Assembly: GCA_951406725.2 (NCBI GenBank)
Contig: OX597814.1
Span: forward strand, 160,270,001 to 160,334,000
DNA from: Octopus vulgaris
Taxonomy: Eukaryota
Length of the DNA: 64,000 nucleotides
Direction: 5' to 3'
The position numbers were made by a program, and so were the translations under genes. The notes beneath the pieces are model-generated. The model worked only from the letters and a program-made list of their open reading frames with translations. It was not told the origin of the DNA and did not search any database. Positions 28,393-41,944 of this stretch are shown here, piece by piece; the stretch's first letter is position 1, and every line of letters starts with the position of its first letter.

Positions 28393-28664
28393 CAGGGATG
28401 GCTGTCTGGTTAAGAAGCTTGCTTTGTAACCTGATTATTTCGGCTTCAGTCCCACGATGCGCAGCATCTTGGGCAAGTGTATTCGGTAGAAAGAAACAGT
28501 GTGGAAGTCCGTCATATGTGTGTGTGTGTATGTAAGTATGTATGTATATACATACACATATATATACTTATATATCTGCGTGTGTATACATACATATATA
28601 TACTTATATATATACTTAAATATCTGTGTGTGTGTATACATACGTATATATAATTATATATATA

Positions 28665-28734
<70 letters not shown>

Positions 28735-28915
28735 AGTGTGTGTGTGTGTGTGGTCTTTGTTCCCCCACCGCTTGATAACGGATGTCTGTGTGTTTATGTC
28801 CGGTTAAGTAAGTACCATACAAAATATCGGGGTCGATCCATTCGACTAAAAACCCTTCAATGCGGTGCACCAGTATGGCCTTCGTCCACTGAGGGAAACA
28901 AGTAGAAAAATAAAC
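28393..28915 (+). mobile_element. SINE family A, diverged
   Basis: tggctgtctggttaagaagcttgct...ttcagtcccac...tgggcaagtgt; internal microsatellite; cgcttgataacgg...ccagtatggcc. Confidence 0.82.
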
Positions 28916-29099
28916 CGAGATAATTTGACTTTTAATCCAACTCCTAACCAATGTACCACGACATTTTATTAATGTCGGGGGTTGAGCATAATCGATTAAA
29001 TCGAACTCACCTCTTGTGTGATATTTACCTTATCGACTCTGAGGTTCGATCTACTTTCTCTTTGCTTTGTTTTTGTTTCGTGTGTTTTTTTTTTGTTGT

Positions 29100-29535
29100 T
29101 GTTTATTTCAGTCATTGGACTGTGGCTATGCTGGAGCACCTTCTTGAAGATTTCGTCGAACAAATCCATCCACCGCGGCACTTATATTTTTAAGTCCGGT
29201 ATTTATTCGATCGGTCTCTGTTGTCGAACCGCTAAAATACGGGTACTCAAACAAACCAACACTGGTTGTCAAGCAGTAGTGCAGAGAGAAGCACAAACAC
29301 ACGCGCGTGCGCACACATTCACACGCGCGCACGCGCGGTTGTCATGAGGATACAAAAACATAAACACAAACATATACAAATATGCAATGGGTTTCCACAC
29401 AGTTTCCGTTTACCGATTTTACTCACAAGGCACTGGTCGGCCTGCAGCTATAGTGGAAGACACTTGCCCAAGATGCTGCGAAATGGGACTGAACCGGAAA
29501 CCACGTTGTTGCAAAGCGAGTTTCTTAACCACAAA
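29100..29535 (-). mobile_element. SINE family A, inverted relative to 28393-28915
   Basis: tttcagtcattggactgtggctatgctggagcacc...ggttgtcaagc...gacacttgcccaag...gggactgaaccgg...ttcttaaccaca. Confidence 0.88.
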
Positions 29536-29779
29536 GCAAGTTTCTTAACCACAGATAATAATAATAAAAATTAAAAAAAAGAACGGATCGACACCTAGTT
29601 TTCAAGTTGTTCTTGTTATTTAACCCCAGGTCAACCTTGACCGAGCAGAAATATCATCAAAATCATTCTAGCTTTCATGCATGTATTTTTTTTTCGGAAG
29701 TATTACCCTATATCTTTCATTAAAAAAAAAATAATAATACAGTAAAATATGATATGCGGGAGATATCTCTTTATACTTT

Positions 29780-30167
29780 AGGCAGAAGGCGTGAAATTTT
29801 GCAGGGTGGGGTAAGTCGATTATATCGACCCCAGTGTTTCACCGGTACTAAATTTATCGACCCCGAAAGGATGAAAGGCAAAGTCGACCCTGGCGGCATT
29901 TGAACTCAGAAAGTGAAGACAGACTAAATACCTATTTCTTTACTACCTACAAGGGGCTAAACATAGAGGGGACAAACAAGAACAGACATAGGGATTAAGT
30001 CGATTACATCGACCCCAGTGCGTAACTGGTACTTAAGTTTATCAACCCCGAAAGGATGAAAGGCAAAGTCAACCTCGACGGAATTTGAATTCACAGCGTA
30101 ACGGCAGACGAAATACCGCTAGGCATTTCGCCCGGTGAGCTAAAGTTTCTGCCAGTTCGTCGCCTTA
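29780..30167 (-). mobile_element. Dimeric/nested SINE family B with an alternative tail
   Basis: Two cores (tttatcgaccccgaaaggatgaaaggcaaagtc) but one head, joined by ctatttctttactacctacaaggggctaaacatagaggggacaaacaag. Confidence 0.85.
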
Positions 30168-30431
30168 ATATGTGGGGGATATCACAGATATTTTTAGCAA
30201 GGAAAGGACATCGACTAAGCATAACCCCAACTATAATGAAAGATTATAGATATTGTTTCACTCGTAGTGGATAGCACTGTAAGGAAAAGGGTAATATATT
30301 GAAAGGAAACCGTAAAACGGCTTCGATTTCCTGTTAAAGTTATCAACATCGTCACTGCTGTTGGGAATGTAATAACGTTAATAATACATTTCTGCATAAC
30401 TTATTATTTATTTATTTATCTATTTATTATT

Positions 30432-30882
30432 GAGATGGTGAGATAGAAAAATCGTTAGCACGCTGAATAAAAAATCCTTAGCGGCATTTCTTTCGACTTC
30501 AAATGCTGCCGAAGTCGACTTTACCTTTCAGCCTCCCAAGATTGATAAGATAAGTAGCAGCTGAGTAGCTGGAGTCAATACAATCGACTAGACCCTACCC
30601 CGAGCTTGCTGGCCTTGTGCTAAAATTTGAAATCATTATTATTATTATTATTATCAAGTCGGTGAGCTGGCAAACTCGTTAGCACGTCGGGTAAAAGCTT
30701 AACGTCATTTCGTCTGTCTTAACATTCTTAGTTCAAATCCCGCCGAGGCCTGTTTGATTTTTCATCCTTTCAGAGTCAATAAAATAAGTACCAGTTATGC
30801 ACTGGGATCAATGAAATCGACTATTTCTCTCTCCTCAAATTTCAAGCCTAGCGCCCATAACAGAAATTATTATTATTATTAT

Positions 30883-30920
<38 letters not shown>

Positions 30921-31140
30921 TCATTAAGGTGGCGAGCTGGCAGAGTCGTTAGCACGCCGAGCAAAATACTTAGCGATATTTGCCCGTCGCTATGTTCTGA
31001 GTTCAAATTCCGCCGAGGTCGACTTTGCTTTCATCTTTTCGGGGTCGATAAATCAAGTATCAGTTGCGGACTGGGGTCGATCTAATCAACTGGTCACCTT
31101 CCATCAAAATTTCAGACCTTGTGCCTATAGTAGAATGGAT
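30432..31140 (+). mobile_element. Three head-to-tail SINE family B copies (~30432-30635, 30656-30868, 30926-31140)
   Basis: Each has (gagctggca)..cgttagcacg..ttcaaat..gccga.g..; copies are separated by (ATT)n/(ACT)n tails. Confidence 0.88.
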
Positions 31141-31158
31141 TATTATTTTTTTTATTGC

Positions 31159-31224
<66 letters not shown>

Positions 31225-31678
31225 CATCATTATGAGTTTAGAACAAAAATAACAAACTGGATGTCCAAATATTTAGCCCCATCTAAGTTATATTCAGGCT
31301 TCCCAAACTCTACAAGGTGCGTCGAACGATCCTATTTGTAGCAAATTAAGCGACCACATAATAACAGTTTCCAGTCAGTTGGACACCACTATAGCAGAGT
31401 ACTAGCAGTGGTGATGATGATGGTAGTGGTAATTCTGGTTGTGGTTGTGGTAGTGGCAAAGTTGGTAGCAGCGGTGACTTTTTAAAATCCATTGACAACT
31501 TCGATACAGAAATGGAGCAGCCACAGATTGGATGCCGTTGCTATGGCAATTTTGAGATTTTGCAATTCCTTGCATTTGTATTATTTCGGAGTGGAAATGA
31601 ATTGAAAAAGCCAGAGTAGATTTATATAAATATGCAAACGTGAAAGAAGGAAGAGAACTAGAGATATAGAGTGACACG

Positions 31679-31710
<32 letters not shown>

Positions 31711-31722
31711 ATAATATAATAT

Positions 31723-31771
<49 letters not shown>

Positions 31772-32405
31772 ATATGATATTAAATATATATATATATAAT
31801 TGCAGCGTGGGAGGTGTTTATAAGCCATATATATATATATATATATATATATGCATAAATATATATATGTGTGTATGTATGCATGTGTGTATATGTAAGT
31901 ATATATTTTAAACGCACACATATACATTAAATCTATTAAAATGCATGTATATGTGTATATATCGCGTAATTAGAATGTGTAAAATAGGTGATATAAATAT
32001 ATATGTATATATGTTCGTGTATAGATAAGTAGATACATACATACATACATACATACATACATACATACATACATACATACATACATACATACATACATAC
32101 GTACGTACGTACATATACGCATACAAACATACAAGCATGCAGACAGACAGACAAATATAGTAAATGCAGTTGGGCATACTATATGCATAGACGCTTGTGT
32201 GTGGGTATATGATACACAGTTGTTAGTCGGTTTACGCGGTAGATTTGTTCTGCGAATCAACGTGTAAATCGGAATCGTATAAAACGAGGTAGATAACGTT
32301 AAGTCAAGAACAGAAAACTGAAACAATTATTTTTTGAAAAGCGTACATTAAATATAAATACCATTATCGCGCGCATATACATCATATATACATATATATA
32401 TATAC

Positions 32406-32504
<99 letters not shown>

Positions 32505-32559
32505 TATATATATTATATACTATATTTACAGATATACATACATACATACTTTTATATTT

Positions 32560-33112
32560 TATCTTTTACTTGTTTCAATCATTGAGTTACGACCGTGTTG
32601 AGAGCCGACCTTATAGGGTTTTAGTCGGACAAATCGAGCATTTATTATTTTTTTTATTTAAGGTCTGGCATTCATTCTAGCGAACTTTTCTGTCGAACCG
32701 ATAAGTTACGGGGACGTGAACAACCCAACACCTTTCTTCAAGCAGTGTGGTGTGGATAAACACAGACACAAAGGCACTCACGTCGCAAACATACATACAC
32801 TCACACACACACACATATATATATATACATACACACACACATACACACGCACACACGCACAGACACACACATACATGCGCATATACATACATACGCACAC
32901 ACGCACGCACACACACACATACATACATACATACATACATACATACATACATACATACATACATACATACATACATACATACATACAGATTCCGCTCAGT
33001 TTCTCGCTACAGAATTCATTCACAATACACTAGTCGGCTCAGAGCTATAACAGAAAATGCCTATGACAGAACCCGAAAACCCGTGGTCCAAAGGGAGCTT
33101 TTTAACTATAGG
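32560..33112 (-). mobile_element. SINE family A, degraded, with expanded internal (CA)/(CATA) repeat
   Basis: cttttacttgtttcaatcatt...gtcgaaccgataagttacggggacgtgaac...cagtttc. Confidence 0.72.
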
Positions 33113-33805
33113 TAGTTTCTGCTTAAAATCTGCTTGTATGTGGCTGTTATTTTTCTGAAAGAACGTTCATATTTTCAAAATAATAAGATCTCTTTTCCAG
33201 TGTTTATATACTGTTACTACGTATGTATATGTTTTAAAGTGACTGGAAGTCCTGCGATTGTACTGTCTCAGCATTTTTCTTCAGTTTATTAAATCTTTCA
33301 AACATTTACTTTCTTTATATTAACTATTTCATAGTTTTTGCCCGATATTTTCTAATCTCGAAAATGAAAAAAATACAATAATTTTTTTTAAATGTAGATT
33401 TTAAAAAAATTTCCATCTTAAGGGTTAGTGTAGTCAACTTCAATATGGAAGAGGTGATGCGAAACTATAACGTAAAGTAGATAGTAAAGCGAAACGGAAT
33501 CGGCGAAATAGTGACGCTGTAAAGAATATAATCTCGACCAAAACCGCGTTGACGTGCAACCATGCAGGTCCTGTTCTGTGCAAAGCGAGCGACAACCGTT
33601 ATACGTACGTGCATACATACATACATACATACATACATACATACATACATACATACAGGCATGCATGCATACATACATACATACATACATACATACATAC
33701 ATACAGGCATGCATGTATGCATGGATGCATACATACACACACATACATACATGCATACATACATACATACATACATACATACATACATACATACATACAT
33801 ACATA

Positions 33806-34772
33806 CATGGATATGTTAGTAGTAACATTGATCATCAAAGCAGTCTATCGTGGGACAATAGTCGGATTACTACCTCCCACTTTGAAGGGTATGCGTTTAC
33901 AATCCAGGAACAGGAAATATGAACCAAACACCTGATGCACAAAAGGGGTAGAGATGCAGGAAAAACAATAAAATGGACAACCGATGCAGACTTTGTGGAG
34001 TTCACACCGAAAACATCACCCACATCATAAATAGTGTCCGAAAATGTCATCACGGTATTCTCTATCGATGAGACATGATGTTGTAGCTAGGACACTCCAT
34101 AACGAAATCGGTCGGAAGGATAACCACGAAGACAAAGAAATAAGAACCCTCCGTATGGTAGAAGCCATAGCCACTCATAATAAAAAGGAATACTGGTGGA
34201 ATGTCCCAGAGAAAACCTCAATAAACGGACCTGATATAATGATTTGGGACAGAGAAGAGAAACTGTGTATAGTTGTGGAAATTAGCTGCCCAGCAGATGT
34301 TAACACAAAGCTGAAGATCACTAAAAAAGAGAATACCTAGGCTGAAGTATTGAGAAATCTGCAGTTACTCTCTCCTGATTGTAAGTTCAGGTTTATACTT
34401 GCAATTATTGGGTCACTGGGATATGTAACACAATGCCTAAATGCCAATCTTGAAAAATTAGGCTCCTATAAAACCAGAAAAGAGAAAGCTAAATTGAGGA
34501 CTACAGATCCAATCCATCATTGGAACTGTATAAAATCTGTAAAACTTTTCAGAAGTTTATCATTTAAATATATATGAGCATGTCTAGATATGTAACTATA
34601 TGCATGAGAATACATACATAAAACAAAACATACAAATCTGCACATATACAGACATACAAACAAAAATACCCTGTTGTTGATGCTGAAATTCCAATGAAGG
34701 AGCATTGGTTCTAGGTTAGAAACCGGTTCTTTCTCTATCGGCAATAAATCTTTTAATAAAACTGACTAATGA
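33806..34772 (+). mobile_element. 5'-truncated R4-like non-LTR retrotransposon with restriction-like endonuclease (family 2), flanked by (CATA)n
   Basis: Across disrupted frames: TSHFEGYAFTIQEQEI, CRLC...H..(C) knuckle, RHDVVARTLH, PDIMIWDREEKLCIVVEISCP, IIGSLG. 3' UTR with aataaa. Several stops and frameshifts. Confidence 0.88.
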
Positions 34773-34953
34773 TATACATACATGCATACATACATAGATA
34801 CATACATACATACATACATACATACATACATACATACATACATACATACATACATACACACACACACATGCATACATACATAGATACATACATACATACA
34901 TACATACATACATACACATAAATGTTGGCAGGGGCAACTACAAAGGAAACGTG

Positions 34954-35014
<61 letters not shown>

Positions 35015-35929
35015 GCATATATGTATATATACATATGCATATATATACATATATACATAAACACATACATACATACTTACATAGAAACAAACAAACATAC
35101 ATACATGCATACATACATAATTACTTTTTTAGGATTGGTATAATGATTAAAGGATGTGTATCGCATATTCCTACACATAAGGCAATCGTGTTAATCAATA
35201 ATTAGTGTTAATGCTGTATTTTAGATACAAAAACATCCACGTGTATTTGTTTACGTGTGTATGCGTGTGTGTGTGTGTTTATCATTTTAACTCTGTACAT
35301 AATGAGAAAATGCTATACATTTATATATGCTACAATTTTCATATGAACTGTTTCAATTCTATAGCATATCACTACTCTTTGTATAAAAATATAACATTTT
35401 GAATTTGAAGTTCTTTGTATTGCACGTGTAAGTCCATAAGCAGACGCTTGATCCGTTAGAAATATCAGCCAAACCTCTCTGAAATCGCACCTATTCTCTG
35501 AAAACTGTTGTTAACATTCCACGATCTAGTTCTAGATATGCAAAAAAAAAAAAAAAAAAGAGATGGTCATTTCTGGAATGCTTCGATCAAAACTAGATTG
35601 GCGCTAAACACCAGTAACACAGTTTGTTTCATAAAAAGTAGTTTGTGATTAAATACAAACGAGCGTATAGATGTGTGATGTATGTATATTATCATATTTA
35701 TACACATGCGTGTATACACGAAAGTATAGATATCCACATTACAGAATTAATAATTAAATGCATATATTTTTTTGAATTGAGTACACGTGTGTTTAAGTGT
35801 ATGCGTATGGTGATGTTATTGTTGTTTAGAACATGAATAAACGTTTGCAAGGTAACTGGATTATATTATATTTTTAATGTAAAGACACACTTTGGTGCAT
35901 GCATGCATGCACGAATGCATACGGCATCT

Positions 35930-36474
<545 letters not shown>

Positions 36475-37055
36475 CTGCTCCCGTTCTTTAACCCCAGGTA
36501 GCCTTTCTCAAGGGTATTCCAGAAGGTTGGTGGGAGAGAAAGTGAGAATGGATTTGTTGTATGTATAAAGTTTCAACTTCAATGACTATCTCCAATAATC
36601 AACGAGTATAGACTGCAGAATGTAAACTTACTCATAAACTATGCCACACTAAGCTACATTAAGCTTATGCGTACTGGACATAAGATTTAAACACGAAATA
36701 ATGCTCTTGCACACATACATATTTGCCTACATACTTGCATACATTGGTACTCATGTATACATATATACTTGCAAGCAGACGTATGTGCATATAAATATCA
36801 GCCAGAAATACATATAAATATCAGTCATATACGCAGACATACATAAAATTGTATTTACATATACATACATACACATATATATCTGTGTGTGTGTATGTAT
36901 GCATGTATGTATGTATGTATCTATTTATCTATCTATCTATATATATATATATATATATATATATTCATATGTATGAATAAGTACATATTTACAAACATCC
37001 ATGTTTATACACACACATATATGTATGTGTATATGTATGTATATGTATGTATATG

Positions 37056-37095
<40 letters not shown>

Positions 37096-37173
37096 CATAC
37101 ATACATACATACATACATACATACATACATACATACATACATACATACATACATGCATACATACATACATACA

Positions 37174-37680
37174 TACTACCTTCCCATAAGATATGACCTT
37201 TTGCCAAAATTGTTTCCAATGTTCTCTGTAGAAAGTATTGTCCCGGCCATTCTAAACAAAAACACACCAGAACTAGAATGTTTCCACACCTTCAAAACTA
37301 AGGAATCCTGGAGGAACATTCCAACAGAAACAAAAATCCGTTGCAAATATAACATACCTAGTACTGTTATAGAGAACATGAAACAAAAGTCATGCTCTGT
37401 TGTAGAGGTCAGTTGCCTAGCGGATGTGAACGTCTCGTCAAAACGTTAGGAAGAGACCATCTATATGAACTAATGAGAAGCTTATAGCTGTAGTATCCAT
37501 CTATAGGTTTTCATTTATACCTATTATCGTTGGTGCACTTGGTTCTCTAACTGCAGATCTGAATAAAGCCTAGAAATGCAGGAATTTTCGAAGAAAGACC
37601 GACTTGCTTCTTTAAAATATAATCGATTAGTGATACAATGAAGATTCCAGGGATTCTCTATTTTAGTTTACTGGTATGAA
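37174..37680 (+). mobile_element. Older R4-like endonuclease fragment related to family 2, beginning in (CATA)n
   Basis: YYLPIRYD...KESWRNIP...CSVVEVSCLADVNVSSK, then FSFIPIIVGALG in a shifted frame. Confidence 0.75.
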
Positions 37681-37731
37681 AATATGCACACAATGAGGTG
37701 TATATGGCATACAAATATATACATCCCCCCC

Positions 37732-37784
<53 letters not shown>

Positions 37785-38148
37785 TGTGTGTGTGTATACA
37801 TGAGTACATAATGGATAATCAAGTACACACACATAGACACACATGTACACATATACACACACACATATGTGTGCAAAAGAGACATGTGTACCTATTTCAT
37901 GGGAACATGCATCTACACTTATACATATAACCGCATACTTACTCCCATATTCGCAAGTCCCTGGAATTCTTGGAAGTGTCTTCATTCAAAGGAGTCTTGT
38001 TACTTTGTTAGTGCTCGGCTTGAATTCTGCGAAGAGCTTCAATGAATCCAAGAAAAGCTTATATACTCACATGTAGATGCATGCATTCAAAAATACATAC
38101 ATGAATAAAATCATGTCTACATACATGTGTATGTGCATGTTTATATAC

Positions 38149-38189
<41 letters not shown>

Positions 38190-38518
38190 CATGAATATAT
38201 ACATACTCATATACCTGCATATTTTGATGCATGCGTGTATGTATCAATACATAAACACATATCACACACACTCACACACACACACTCATGGGAAAAATAT
38301 CGTAGCTGTTTCTCTGTTGTATATATTCAAACGTTAGAGATGATCACGATATCTAGGACAATAAGACTCTACAAGACCTTGAAAGGGTGGATGGTTACTC
38401 AAAGAATAACCAAGAGAACAATAATCTATTTTCTTAAGAGACTCACCACCGCGTAGGTGGTTAATCAAAATAAACTTTTAACCTTCATTGACGGAGAAAA
38501 CCCTTACATACATACATA

Positions 38519-38748
38519 ATGGAACTGTAAAAATCTGTAAAACTTTCCAGAGGTTTATCATTTAAATATATATGAACATGTCTAGATATGCAACAATATG
38601 CATGAGAATGCATACATGAGAATACATACAAAGCATACAAATCTGCACACATACATACATACATACATACATACATACATACATACATACATACAAAAAT
38701 ACCCTATTGTTGATGTTGAAATTCCAACGAAAGAGCCTTGTATCTAGG
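38519..38748 (+). mobile_element. 3' UTR fragment of R4-like family 2
   Basis: Closely matches 34521-34716 (ggaactgt..aaatctgtaaaacttt..catgtctagatatg..aaaaataccct.ttgttgatg.tgaaattccaa). Preceded by (CATA)n. Confidence 0.85.
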
Positions 38749-39511
38749 CTTGTCTTTGCACAGGGTCCATGCTAACTCTCGTCTTCGCCGTGAACGAAAA
38801 TTAATCTTCTCTCTTCGCTCCTTTGCGCCACATGGGCTCAACTCCTTCCCCTCTTCATCTGACTTTCTCCTCTCCTCTCTTCATCTGACACCTACTTCCT
38901 CTCTTCACTCCTACCCACCTTCTCCTGTCATTGACACCCCAGCTATCCACTCGCACTCCCACACATCCTACTACCACATACCCCACCCTACATCCTCACC
39001 CTAAACCCACACCCCACCCTCATATCCTCACATCTCAACACCACCACACCACATCGCACCATACCCACATCACTCCACACACACTAGCACTGAACACGTC
39101 TCAGCACCCACACCATCATCCAAGCACCCACTCATTACGGACGCACACACTTACACTCGCACACATCCACACGTCAAATTCACCAGCACACACACACTCT
39201 CACATATACACACGCACCCATCGCACCTTCGTTTTGGGATCACCAGTACTTTATTATCTCCCCTTCTTACTAGATCTCCTGTCTAAATTCTTTGTCTAAC
39301 CAGTCGCCTTGATTGACCGCTAACTCCAAAAGTTTTTTTGTAATTCTTTGTCTTTTTATTCTCTTTCTGTTTATTCAATCGTGTTCCTTTCTGTTGAAGA
39401 GTGTAGGCTCGAAACGTAAAAGACTCTTTCACCTTCCCGAGCGTCAGACTAATACACCTGCTTGTTGTTTATACACCTGTATTCGTCTTTTGTTTATCTG
39501 CAAATTTCAAC
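38744..39511 (+). mobile_element. 3' end of a Penelope-like element: GIY-YIG C-terminus, C/A-rich UTR and pseudo-LTR
   Basis: LGLSLHRVHANSRLRRERKLIFSLRSFAPHGLN matches the R..RE..LI..L.T..P.GLN end of Penelope endonucleases. Hammerhead motif at 39387-39422; (CATA)n follows. Confidence 0.82.
39387..39422 (+). ncRNA. Minimal type I hammerhead ribozyme motif (variant core)
   Basis: CTTT-CTGTTGA-A-GAGT(GTAG)GCTC-GAAAC-GTA-AAAG: stem I CTTT/AAAG, stem II GAGT/GCTC, palindromic ACGT in place of stem III. Core CUGUUGA deviates from CUGANGA at position 6. Confidence 0.65.
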
Positions 39512-39730
39512 TACATACATACATACATACATACATACATACATACATACATACATACATACATACATACATACATACATACATACATACATACATACAT
39601 ACGTACATACATACGTACATACATACATACATACATACATACATACATACGTACATACATACATACATACATACATACATACATACATACATACATACAT
39701 ACATACATACATACATACATACATACATAC
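39512..39730. repeat. (CATA)n microsatellite
   Basis: Direct reading. Confidence 0.97.
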
Positions 39731-40019
39731 ACACGTACTTAAATGTCCGACTCTGCAACGCAGATTGTTTACTTTCTTCTAGTTTCATTATCCAAATGGG
39801 TTTCCTATATTTTAGTTGTTTCATTACTGTATGCATTGCATGTATCTTCCGGACGCTCTTTCAGAAAAATAACAGCCATGTAGAAACAGATTTTGACATT
39901 TTTACAGTCTCTAGCGTTATCGCCGATAGTTTTTCTATCTCCTTTATTCCACTGAACGAGAGCTATGATGGGATGTCCCATCGAAGACGACGTATGAGTG
40001 TTCAACTAAACAGCCTCCG

Positions 40020-40880
40020 CAAATGATTTGTCTATAATTGATAGTAGAAACATTTCATTTATAAAGGTGCTGTGAACAAAGCTAGAAAAACCAAGGTAAT
40101 ATTGTGCCAGACTTTAAAAAGTGTGGCAGTCGTAGCTTCTCTTTTATAACAAAACAGCATCTTGCTAACAATTTGAAATCCAGTATTGATATCAACATTT
40201 GGGATATTTGACTGGTCTAAAGAAGGAATCCTCTAGTTAAGTATTAAACGCAAAAAATCTTGTCATCAAGTGGAAACCCTCACAGAAATAATGATATTGA
40301 CAGACCGCATCTCAGTGGTAAAGGGGAAAAAAAGACTTTCGAACAGTGCATACGGTCTTTTAGCTTCGTATGGTGACAGTTTGACAGCATCTATTAGTGA
40401 ACAGCATAAAAAATATATGCTTCAACCAGGAACTCAGATGTAAGGAGTACACATCTTATGTGGATTCCTCAAGAAATATTTACATCTCGAATACCTTCCG
40501 TGCCTCTCAAGAATTGCTGGATTAGCTTATGTCAGCGAAGATTTGGAAAGAGAAATATTCTGCATACCACGAAAAGGTTACGCGTTTCCCGTTAACTTTA
40601 AGATTATACTGACGTGAAAATGGAGTGTAGTCTCTTTTGGCCTGGTGACCTTTACTTCACGTCACATTTTGAAGAGTATGCTTTTGTAATCCAGGAGCAG
40701 AAGAAACATAAAACAACAAAAGAGACTGATGTAAACCCCACCCCCACCCCAGATGTCACATTTCCGTGAAAGATATTACGCGTAGATTCAGTAGATTCTC
40801 AAAATTACCATCAAAGTACTGTCTGCTATTGTGATATGATGGCGTGACTAAACGATATACAAATTCCACCCATAGCAGAG
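40020..40880 (+). mobile_element. Highly decayed R4-like LINE (family 2 relative), thumb to zinc-knuckle region
   Basis: Manual translation gives PVLISTFGIFDWSKE, SSGNPHRNNDIDRPHL and FTSHFEEYAFVIQEQ (compare TSHFEGYAFTIQEQ near 33875). Confidence 0.7.
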
Positions 40881-41124
40881 ACTACCTTAAGATAAATTTA
40901 AAAATACCCTTGTTATTGAATATATAAATATCAACACAAGGAATATTGATGAAACACTCCCAAAATTTCCGTCAAGTGCATACAAAACAGGTTTGATGTT
41001 GTTGTCTGGAGCATAAGCGAAAAGTTATGTATAGTCACAGTGGTTGTTATCCATACAGATATTAACCTGTTTTCCAAAACCAGAGAGTAAACCGTGCTAA
41101 AATGTTACCAACATTAGAGAATAT

Positions 41125-41330
41125 AGAGAATTGGCAGAATCGGTAGAGCATCAAACAAAATGCTTCCATGTGTTCATTTAACACCCATTTACGTTTTGAG
41201 TTTCAAATCCCACCGTGGTAGAATTTGCTTTTCATTCTTGCAAGGTTGATAAAATAAGTTGGACTTGATTTAATGTGCTATACACTTCCCGAACCCAAAT
41301 TTACAGTTTTGTGCCTATGTTAGAAAGTAA
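41125..41330 (+). mobile_element. SINE family B, diverged
   Basis: ttggcagaatcggtagagca...gagtttcaaatcccacc...gataaaataagt...ttgtgcctatgttagaaa. Confidence 0.78.
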
Positions 41331-41944
41331 AGTTAAAAAAGTAAGTAGGAAAGCCTCCCAAACTTGTGTGTGTGTGGTGTGTGTGTGTGTGTGTGTGGTG
41401 TGTGGTGTGTGTGTGTGTGTGTGTGTGGTGTGTGGTGTGTGTGTGTGTAGATATAAGTATGTTTGCATATCGGCAAATGGATGGCTAAATCCATTCGTCG
41501 ACATGCAAACATACATATACTTTATAAGAAAATTGCCTTGTGATATTTAGTCTGAGAATTGCTTTCCTTATATGGATTAAACCATTTCATAAACAGATAT
41601 CGATAAAATAAATACCAGACAAAGTGATGACATCGATAAAATCGACTGAAGCCCTGGAAGGCGATGTTTGAACATGACTGCAATCCAATAAGTGAAACCA
41701 ATAAAAAAAAAGTAAAAGAGATATCGATGAGGGTGAACTGATGGACAAATTGCAGCTCCAATATTTTAGGAACGCGTTTAGGATTATCGATATGATTATA
41801 TGTAAAACAGTGTCTAACATAGAAGGAACACAAGATCAGGTACATCCATCCATACATACATAATTAAATATAATATTTTATCACTGCGACATTTGATAAG
41901 CGGCTGTGACTAAAATAATTGTATTTATCAAATGTTCAGCAGTG

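Noticed and set aside
30432-31140. SINE B as the partner of the Dong LINEs
   Set aside because: On the sense strand its tail is (ATT)n, like the CR1 at 13313, not (AAT)n, and it lacks the Dong hairpin.
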